Below, piece by piece: positions 57,106-64,000 of a stretch of 64,000 nucleotides of DNA. The notes under the pieces are model-generated. The model ran no database searches and was not told the DNA's origin. It saw nothing but the letters and a program-made list of their open reading frames with translations. The DNA is taken from sequence record SRR20825006_492. The stretch is one strand, 5' to 3'. The translations under genes and the position numbers were made by a program. The first letter of the stretch is position 1. Each line of letters begins with the position of its first letter.

Positions 57106-58288
57106 AGAACAACTGCCTCCTGTCTCGGTTATGTTTCGAGATATTGAGAAGAATGCCAACCATCAATCCAGTAAAAAGCATACTTGTTCCGCCATAGCTC
57201 ACAAAAGGCATTGGCAAACCTGTTACGGGAAGTAAACCACTTGCCACACCAGCGTTTACATAGCCGAATAATACGATGGTGAGTGTGCAACCTATCGCAA
57301 GTAAGGTTCCTAAATTATCTTCCGCTCGTTTAGATATATAAACTACGCCACGGAATAGAATGAGAGTGAAAAAGAAAATCAAAGTGAGTGCACCAACCAT
57401 GCCGTACTCTTCTGCGATAATTGCAAAGATAAAATCGTTATAGGGAGCTGGGAGAAAATCTCGTTGCGTACTTTTTCCAATTCCGACGCCCATCAATTCG
57501 CCTTTGGCAATGGCAATCTGCGCTTGTTGGGCTTGATAACCTCTTCCTTGAAGAATCTCGGCACTCTCTATGTCTTTAATCTGACGAACATATTCATCTA
57601 TTCTACTTTGGCGCACCTCAGATTGACCTAAAAGAATCGAACCGCCTAAAACGGCTAGAATAACAAGTGAACCAAGTTGTACAACACTTGCTCTACCAAT
57701 AAACATAACAATTAAGCAAATGCTCATAAGGAGCCCTGCGCTACTAAAATCTTGAATTCCTATGAGACCACAAGTAACAATCACCCAAAACATAATAGGG
57801 AGGAAGGTCTTTTTAAAATCTTTGATATAATCCTGTTTCTCAGCTAAGAGAACACAAACGTGTAAAATCAGAGCAACCGATGCAAAGGTAGACGGTTGGA
57901 ATGTAAATCCACCTACATTCAGCCAACGTTTTGCACCAAACTGTGCAGTACCAAATACAAGTACAGAAATCAAGAGTATCCAGCTCAAAACCATACCTAA
58001 ACGACTGAATTTAGCTAGAGTATGGTAATTGATTTTTGAGACAAGAAGCATCACTACAAACGCGATACCAAGCTTGATGATGTGCCCAGTAACTAATTGG
58101 AATGCTGTTGTAGACTTAGACTCTGCGAAGTAAGCAATAGATGAATACACAGCAAGAATCCCGAAAATCATAAGCATAATAACCGACATTAACAGAACGC
58201 GGTCGCTACCTTGCGTTTTTGTATCGATATCTTCAGGGCTTGTACCCAAGATGCTCTTAATGTTTCTATTTGGACTGGTGTGTAACAT
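57098..58288 (-). CDS. ftsW: SEDS peptidoglycan polymerase FtsW
   Basis: GAKRW, FQPS, DFIFAIIAEEYG, LPVTGLPMPFVSYGGTS; dcw position. Confidence 0.94.
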   Translation of the reverse strand: MLHTSPNRNIKSILGTSPEDIDTKTQGSDRVLLMSVIMLMIFGILAVYSSIAYFAESKSTTAFQLVTGHIIKLGIAFVVMLLVSKINYHTLAKFSRLGMVLSWILLISVLVFGTAQFGAKRWLNVGGFTFQPSTFASVALILHVCVLLAEKQDYIKDFKKTFLPIMFWVIVTCGLIGIQDFSSAGLLMSICLIVMFIGRASVVQLGSLVILAVLGGSILLGQSEVRQSRIDEYVRQIKDIESAEILQGRGYQAQQAQIAIAKGELMGVGIGKSTQRDFLPAPYNDFIFAIIAEEYGMVGALTLIFFFTLILFRGVVYISKRAEDNLGTLLAIGCTLTIVLFGYVNAGVASGLLPVTGLPMPFVSYGGTSMLFTGLMVGILLNISKHNRDRRQLFYA

Positions 58289-58329
58289 GTATTCTTTTTT
58301 CGAAGCTTTTTGTTAAAGCTTCAACTCGG

Positions 58330-59685
58330 TTAGATTTTGTTTACTTCTTCTTTAAATACTCTTCCGCGATGTTCGTAATCGTCGAACATGTCGAAGGAAG
58401 AGCAAGCTGGACTTAACAGTACAATTTCTCCACGTTTTGCTACTTTCTTCGCCACTTTTACAGCAGCCCACATATTTTCGGCAGTAACAAAGTTGGGTAC
58501 AGCACTTCCTAATTGTTCTTCAATTCTACTTTTAGATTCTCCGATGGCAATAATGGTGTGAACTTTCTCTTTAACCTGATCTAATAATTCGGTGTAGTCA
58601 TTTCCTTTATCTCGGCCACCAAGAATTAATGTCATAGGCTCGTTAAAACTATCTAAAGCGAACCAAACAGCATTTACATTCGTAGCTTTGCTATCGTTAA
58701 TGTATTTCACGCCATCTACAATGCGTACAATCTCTAAACGATGCTCAACTCCGACAAAAGTTTTTAAACTCTCTCTAATAGCTTCATTCTTAATTTCAGC
58801 GGCGCGGGCAGCAAGTGCCGTAGCTAAACCATTACTTAGATTATGTCGTCCATTTAATCCTATCTCGTGCACTGCCATCAGAGGTTCTTCCTTATTGTTG
58901 AATTTGAAGATAATTTGTTCGTCGCGTACAAAGGCTCCTTCAGAAACCTCGTTGATATTAGAAAAAGCCCATAATTTTGGAGCGTTTTCTTTCTGTTTTA
59001 GCGCTTCAACGTGATTGCGAATGAGTGGGTCGTCGTAGTTGAAGATGAACCAACTGTTTTTGTCTTGGTTCTCAGATATTCTGAATTTTGATGCTGCATA
59101 AGCTTCTAAACTATTTCCATACCTGTTTAAATGATCTGGAGTAATGTTTAGTAACAAGCTTATAGTAGGCTTAAAAGTCTCTATGTGGTCGAGTTGGAAT
59201 GAACTCACCTCAAGTATAAAGTCATTGTGTTCAGCTTTTACTTTCTCTGAGAAAGCAAAGCCGATATTGCCAGCAAGCGAATAGTCACGATTTGCATGCT
59301 TCCAAACGTCAGCAATCCATGAGGTAACTGTGGTTTTTCCGTTACTTCCAGTTATTGCAATAATATCATTACTAGTGAACCAACTGGCTACTTCAATTTC
59401 AGAAAACACTTTTTTCTGCTTATTCAGATAATGCTGAATAATTGGAGCCTCAGTGGGTACGCCAGGACTTACCACCGCAAAGTCGGCATCAAATGCACGT
59501 TGGGTATGGCCGTTTTCTTCAAACTCAATGTTAGCAACAGTAAGGCGTAATTTTTGATGCTCTCCAATTTTTCCGAAATCAGACACAAAGATGTTAGCTC
59601 CTTCTTGTTGAAGGAGAATGGCTGCGGCAACACCACTTCTAGCTGCACCAATCACGACGATATGTTTATCCCTCACAGTCATCAT
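58330..59685 (-). CDS. murD: UDP-MurNAc-L-Ala--D-glutamate ligase
   Basis: GSNGKTT, EVSSFQL, DHLNRY, NDSKATN, LSPACSSFD. Confidence 0.97.
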   Translation of the reverse strand: MMTVRDKHIVVIGAARSGVAAAILLQQEGANIFVSDFGKIGEHQKLRLTVANIEFEENGHTQRAFDADFAVVSPGVPTEAPIIQHYLNKQKKVFSEIEVASWFTSNDIIAITGSNGKTTVTSWIADVWKHANRDYSLAGNIGFAFSEKVKAEHNDFILEVSSFQLDHIETFKPTISLLLNITPDHLNRYGNSLEAYAASKFRISENQDKNSWFIFNYDDPLIRNHVEALKQKENAPKLWAFSNINEVSEGAFVRDEQIIFKFNNKEEPLMAVHEIGLNGRHNLSNGLATALAARAAEIKNEAIRESLKTFVGVEHRLEIVRIVDGVKYINDSKATNVNAVWFALDSFNEPMTLILGGRDKGNDYTELLDQVKEKVHTIIAIGESKSRIEEQLGSAVPNFVTAENMWAAVKVAKKVAKRGEIVLLSPACSSFDMFDDYEHRGRVFKEEVNKI

Positions 59686-60815
59686 CGTATTTTGAGTGTT
59701 AGAAGACTAATAATGGCAAGCATGACTGTTATAATCCAAAAACGAACCACAATTTTTTGTTCCGACCAGCCTTTCTTTTCAAAATGATGATGGATCGGAG
59801 TCATCAGAAAGACTCGTTTTCCTTCTCCATACTTCTTTTTGGTGTACTTGAAGTAAGTTGTTTGAATAATTACCGAAAGTGTTTCGAAAAAGAATACTCC
59901 ACAAACAAAGGGTAACAGAAGTTCTTTGTGAAGCATCAATGCTAATGCGCCGAAGATTCCACCAAGAGCTAATGAGCCTGTATCTCCCATAAATACGGAG
60001 GCAGGATTACTGTTATACCATAAAAAGCCCATGCACGCGCCTACTAAAGCGGCACAGAAAATAGTGAGTTCGCCGGCGCCAGGTAAATACATGATGTCGA
60101 GGAACTGAGAAAAATCTGTACGACCAGATACGTATGCAAAAATTGCGAAAACGAAGCCACAAATCGCTGAGATTCCTGAAGCGAGTCCATCTAAACCATC
60201 AGTTAAATTTGTGGCATTACTAACTGCTGTAATTACAAAAATGGCTACAGGGATATAGATAAGCCACCCAAGCTCCACACCTAAGAATGCGTAATCAATG
60301 TTTACATTCTTAACAAATGGAACGGTAGAAAGTGTATTTACATCGGCGAAGTTAGGATGGAAATAAAGCGTTGTTCCAACTACTAAACCAACTACAACCT
60401 GTCCAGCAATTTTAAAACGTCCTGCAAGGCCGCTCTTGTCTTTCTTAACTACTTTGATATAGTCATCGATAAAACCTACTAAGCCAAGCGCAATGGTCAC
60501 AAAAACGATTAATAGCGCATAAACACTATCCATCTTCATAAAAAGAACAGCAGGGATAAGCACTGCAAGTATAATGATGACACCACCCATTGAAGGTGTT
60601 CCCGCTTTGGATTGATGATCTAAGCCAACATCATCTCTTATAACTTCTTTAAGTTGCATGCTACTTAGCCACTTAATAATTCGATGGCCAATAATTAAAC
60701 TTATTAGCAAAGAAGTAACAGCAGCTAAACCTGTTCTTGTTGAGATATATGCAAAAGCTCCTGTACCAGGAACATCGTAGGTTTGGTCTAGCCAATAGAA
60801 TAATTCAAACAGCAT
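59682..60815 (-). CDS. mraY: Phospho-N-acetylmuramoyl-pentapeptide transferase
   Basis: GTPSMGG, IDDYIK, NLTDGLDGL, FMGDTGS, PIHHHFE. Confidence 0.97.
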   Translation of the reverse strand: MLFELFYWLDQTYDVPGTGAFAYISTRTGLAAVTSLLISLIIGHRIIKWLSSMQLKEVIRDDVGLDHQSKAGTPSMGGVIIILAVLIPAVLFMKMDSVYALLIVFVTIALGLVGFIDDYIKVVKKDKSGLAGRFKIAGQVVVGLVVGTTLYFHPNFADVNTLSTVPFVKNVNIDYAFLGVELGWLIYIPVAIFVITAVSNATNLTDGLDGLASGISAICGFVFAIFAYVSGRTDFSQFLDIMYLPGAGELTIFCAALVGACMGFLWYNSNPASVFMGDTGSLALGGIFGALALMLHKELLLPFVCGVFFFETLSVIIQTTYFKYTKKKYGEGKRVFLMTPIHHHFEKKGWSEQKIVVRFWIITVMLAIISLLTLKIR

Positions 60816-62275
60816 TAAAGGCCCCCTTCATTTTTGAGGTGAAGTGCTTTTCTAGCAACCACACGATCGTCGAAAGGATGTCGAACTCCATTAACCTCTT
60901 GGTAATCCTCATGACCTTTTCCAGCAATGAGAACAATGTCGTTATTCGAAGCTCTTACAATGGCCTCATTTATAGCTTCTTCTCTAAGAGTAAAACTAGT
61001 AACGTTCTTTGTCTCAGAAAAACCTTGAAGGATATCAGCAATTATTAAATCTGGATTTTCTCTTCTAGGGTTGTCGCTAGTAACTATAATCTGATCAGCT
61101 AGACGTTCACAAACTTCAGCCATTTCAGGGCGTTTTGTTGTATCTCTATCTCCACCAGCACCAAATACTACATACAATTGTTGGTTCTGGTTTTTAAGTT
61201 CTTTTAGTGTTTTAAGTACATTCTCAAGAGCATCGGGAGTGTGAGCGTAATCCACAATTACTTTTGGTGCATCAAAATCTACATCAATGCTTTCCATTCT
61301 ACCTGCAGCACCTATAGAGCTGTTTAAAGCGGATGTAATATCTTTTTCAGCTATTTCAAGTGCAGAAGCTATCAGAAAAGCTTGAGCTACATTGTATGCG
61401 TTGAAAGTTCCAATAAGTGGCGTTCTTATTTCGGTTCCATTAATAGAAATCACCAAACCATTTTGTGAACTGGAGATGATAGACGCATTACTATTATTAA
61501 ACCCAAAAGGCATTGCTTTAGCTTTGGTATCGCATAGCATATGTCTCCCAAAAGCATCATCAGTATTTACTACGGCAGTTGTAGATTCAGAAAGTCCATC
61601 GAAAAGCAATTTTTTGGCATTAGCGTATTCTTCTAATGTTTCGTGATAATCTAGATGATCGTGACTCAAGTTTGTGAATGCAGCTACAGAGAAATCAATT
61701 CCTCCAACGCGCTGCTGGTGCAATGCATGTGAAGAGACTTCCATTACTAAGTACTCAGAGCCTGCATCAACCATAGCTCGCATATCAGCGGCTAGTTCAA
61801 TTGGATCTGAAGTGGTGAGTTTACTTTCTAATACTTCATCATTAATAACTTTAGAAACGGTTCCTAAAAGAGATGCTTTTCTACCAACAGCGGTTAGTAT
61901 TTGATATACAAGTGTAGCGGTAGTGGTTTTGCCATTCGTTCCTGTAATACCAATTACAGTTAATTCCTTAGCAGGATTTCCTTCAAATTGTTGAGATAGT
62001 GGGCCAATGAGTGATCTAGTGTTTTCAACTTCTATCACACAAACTCCAGGCGCATCTGTGTAGAAAGACTCTTCACAAATTAAAACTTTTGCTCCTCTAT
62101 GAATAGCATCTTCCAAAAAGAGATGTCCGTCTACTTCAGTGCCTCTAATAGCAATAAAAACTGCTCCATCGGTTACTTGTCGAGAATTTTGGACAAGCGG
62201 ACCAATTTCACCCTCCGGTTTTGTACGGGAGACATCAAGTGGATTAACCAGCTCTATGAGTTCTTTAATAGTCAA
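60815..62275 (-). CDS. murE: UDP-MurNAc-dipeptide--meso-DAP ligase
   Basis: GTNGKTT, MEVSSH, DHLDYH, DYAHTPD, DNPR (DAP-type), GKGHE. Confidence 0.96.
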   Translation of the reverse strand: MTIKELIELVNPLDVSRTKPEGEIGPLVQNSRQVTDGAVFIAIRGTEVDGHLFLEDAIHRGAKVLICEESFYTDAPGVCVIEVENTRSLIGPLSQQFEGNPAKELTVIGITGTNGKTTTATLVYQILTAVGRKASLLGTVSKVINDEVLESKLTTSDPIELAADMRAMVDAGSEYLVMEVSSHALHQQRVGGIDFSVAAFTNLSHDHLDYHETLEEYANAKKLLFDGLSESTTAVVNTDDAFGRHMLCDTKAKAMPFGFNNSNASIISSSQNGLVISINGTEIRTPLIGTFNAYNVAQAFLIASALEIAEKDITSALNSSIGAAGRMESIDVDFDAPKVIVDYAHTPDALENVLKTLKELKNQNQQLYVVFGAGGDRDTTKRPEMAEVCERLADQIIVTSDNPRRENPDLIIADILQGFSETKNVTSFTLREEAINEAIVRASNNDIVLIAGKGHEDYQEVNGVRHPFDDRVVARKALHLKNEGGL

Positions 62276-64000
62276 TTATCTTTTATCCGATTGAGATACA
62301 AATTCTAGTGATTTCGCTTTACCACGTAAAGTTATAGTGCTGTTTAAGCGCATTTTTTCTCCCTTGAGAGGAAATTGAGCATAAACGGTTCCAGAGCCAA
62401 TCATTTTGGTATTAAAGCCAAGTTCACCAAGTAAATTATTGGCAGCTCGCATATTCATTCCACGTAACTCAGGAACTATTACAATCCCTTTATTTGTGCT
62501 TGCACTATCAGCGGGAACATAGGTTTCAGAAAGGGTGAGAATAATTTTATGTCCAGCCTCAATGGGGTTTCCAGCTTCAATACTTTGACTAACTATAGAG
62601 CCAGTTTTTCCTTTAAATTTAAATGGGATATCGAGTTCGCCCAATAGGTATTCGGATTGATTTTTTTCTAAACCGACTAAACTCGGTACACGAACAACCT
62701 CTTCAGCATCTTGTTCCGCTTGAGTCAAATTGCGTTGAATATCATTATCTAAACCGGCAATTCTCTTAGTAGTTTCTCTAAAAATTGGCGCGGCAACTAC
62801 GCCACCGTATCCACTTGTCTTTGGCTCGTTAAGCATGATTAAGCAAACATATTTGGGGTCATCAACGGGGAAAAACCCTATAAATGAAGCTAAATATCTA
62901 TTGGTATAGCGGCCGTCAACAACTTTCTTAGCGGTTCCTGTTTTACCCGCAATTCTGAGTCCGTTAATCTGAGCAGCGTCTCCAGTTCCAGAATCACTAA
63001 CTACACTTTCAAAAACAGGTAGTAATTTCTTTAACGTACTTTCTTTGGCAACTCTTCTAATTTCTGTAGGCTCGTTTCTAAGAATTACTTCTCCATTTTC
63101 ATTCTCAATATAATCTACAACGTAAGGGCGCATCATAATGCCCTTATTCGCAAAAGCTGAATAGGCTTGAGCTACTTGAAGCGGTGTTGCAAGAACCTCA
63201 TAACCATGCGACATCCACGGTAAACTAACTAAACTCCAGTCGTAGGGCTTTTTTAAAGAACCAGCTACTTCTCCAGATAAATCAATCTGTGTTTCGGAAC
63301 CAAACCCAAGATTTCTAACATATTGATAGAATACTTTAGGCTTTAAACGCATCGCAATTTCAGCAGTTGCCACATTTGAAGACTTCTGTATAACCTGCTG
63401 GAAGTTGATGTTTCCGAGTGGATCATGATCTCGTAATGTGAGGCCATGAATTTGAACCTCACCATTAGCTGGCGTTTCAAAAATCTCATTAAAATCTACT
63501 ACATTTTGCTCAACGGCAGCAATAGCAGTTATTAACTTGAACGTTGAGCCAGGCTCAACCATATCAGAAATAGCAAAATTTCTACGATTTATATCTTCAT
63601 CATTTCCTGGGAAATTAGGATCATAAGTTGGGTAATTAGCCATCGCTTTAATAGCGCCTGTCCTAGGGTCAATAATTATTCCTGTTCCATACAGTGAGGA
63701 TGTTTTCTCAACTCCATTTTTTAATTCATCTTCTAGGATGGCTTGGATATAAGAATCGATAGTAGTGTGAAGCGAATTTCCATTTTCTGGAAGTTTTTTG
63801 GGAGCGCCCACATAGGCTGAAATTCTATTTCTAGGATCGCGTCTCACTTGTTGTAGGCCATCAGCACCTTTTAGCTCGTCGTTGTAATAAGCTTCAAGCC
63901 CGATTCTACCATCAGTGTTATGGTTTACAAAGCCTAAGGTGTGAGCTGCTAAACTGCCAAAAGTATATTTTCTACGGAAACTCTCTTCAATTATTACACC
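62276..64000 (-). CDS. ftsI: Class B penicillin-binding protein FtsI with two C-terminal PASTA-like repeats (5' end outside the window)
   Basis: EPGSTFK, SSN, KTGT. The frame stays open to the window edge (GVIIEESFRRKYTFGSLAAHTLGFV...), so the ORF-track start at 63847 is internal. Confidence 0.93.
   Translation of the reverse strand, partial: GVIIEESFRRKYTFGSLAAHTLGFVNHNTDGRIGLEAYYNDELKGADGLQQVRRDPRNRISAYVGAPKKLPENGNSLHTTIDSYIQAILEDELKNGVEKTSSLYGTGIIIDPRTGAIKAMANYPTYDPNFPGNDEDINRRNFAISDMVEPGSTFKLITAIAAVEQNVVDFNEIFETPANGEVQIHGLTLRDHDPLGNINFQQVIQKSSNVATAEIAMRLKPKVFYQYVRNLGFGSETQIDLSGEVAGSLKKPYDWSLVSLPWMSHGYEVLATPLQVAQAYSAFANKGIMMRPYVVDYIENENGEVILRNEPTEIRRVAKESTLKKLLPVFESVVSDSGTGDAAQINGLRIAGKTGTAKKVVDGRYTNRYLASFIGFFPVDDPKYVCLIMLNEPKTSGYGGVVAAPIFRETTKRIAGLDNDIQRNLTQAEQDAEEVVRVPSLVGLEKNQSEYLLGELDIPFKFKGKTGSIVSQSIEAGNPIEAGHKIILTLSETYVPADSASTNKGIVIVPELRGMNMRAANNLLGELGFNTKMIGSGTVYAQFPLKGEKMRLNSTITLRGKAKSLEFVSQSDKR

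Noticed and set aside
59682-62275. murF missing between murE and mraY; no ddl or murB in the dcw cluster
   Set aside because: Usual arrangement in Bacteroidota-related phyla, where these genes lie elsewhere.
236-62308. Many short ORF-track entries antisense to or nested in long genes (e.g. 1597-2250, 20340-20780, 51393-51851)
   Set aside because: Shadow ORFs opposite well-supported genes, with no recognisable motifs.
62276-62710. PASTA repeats on FtsI in a diderm
   Set aside because: C-terminal PASTA domains are already known on FtsI in this group.
1-64000. CRISPR arrays, tRNA/rRNA genes, IS elements, prophage genes
   Set aside because: None recognised; the window is almost fully protein-coding and intergenic gaps are under about 300 nt with no regularly spaced repeats.

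Overview
AT-rich bacterial chromosome segment, most consistent with the Bacteroidota/Balneolota/Rhodothermota group (inference: SusC/SusD pair, ECF-sigma/FecR, T9SS-type C-terminal domain 'NYPNPFNPTT', dcw cluster without murF); a Balneolaceae-like organism is my best guess. Left to right: three secreted amidohydrolases; a sodium:solute symporter with an unannotated 36-aa partner; a ~16 kb polysaccharide-utilisation-like locus for amino sugars (nagB, two exported PIG-L deacetylases, ECF sigma/FecR, SusC/SusD, sugar MFS, ROK kinase, PL26/YetA-like lipoprotein, DASS permease) with no recognisable nagA or glycoside hydrolase; gltX; an active plus degenerate M14 peptidase pair; dacB; a Cys-rich small peptide plus beta-propeller cassette; assorted housekeeping genes; an MtlR/HEPN-like gene beside mutS2; a 5x LamG T9SS cargo; and the ftsI-to-ftsZ dcw cluster. 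No rRNA, tRNA, CRISPR array or transposase was recognised. Best leads: the deacetylase-first amino-sugar PUL with a twin TAGGGGTAG-N13-YGTCTWA promoter, the Cys-rich peptide/propeller pair, complementarity between the ftsZ 3' region and the ftsZ/ftsA leaders, and enzyme/pseudo-enzyme pairs. All family assignments come from motif recognition by eye; no database search was run.
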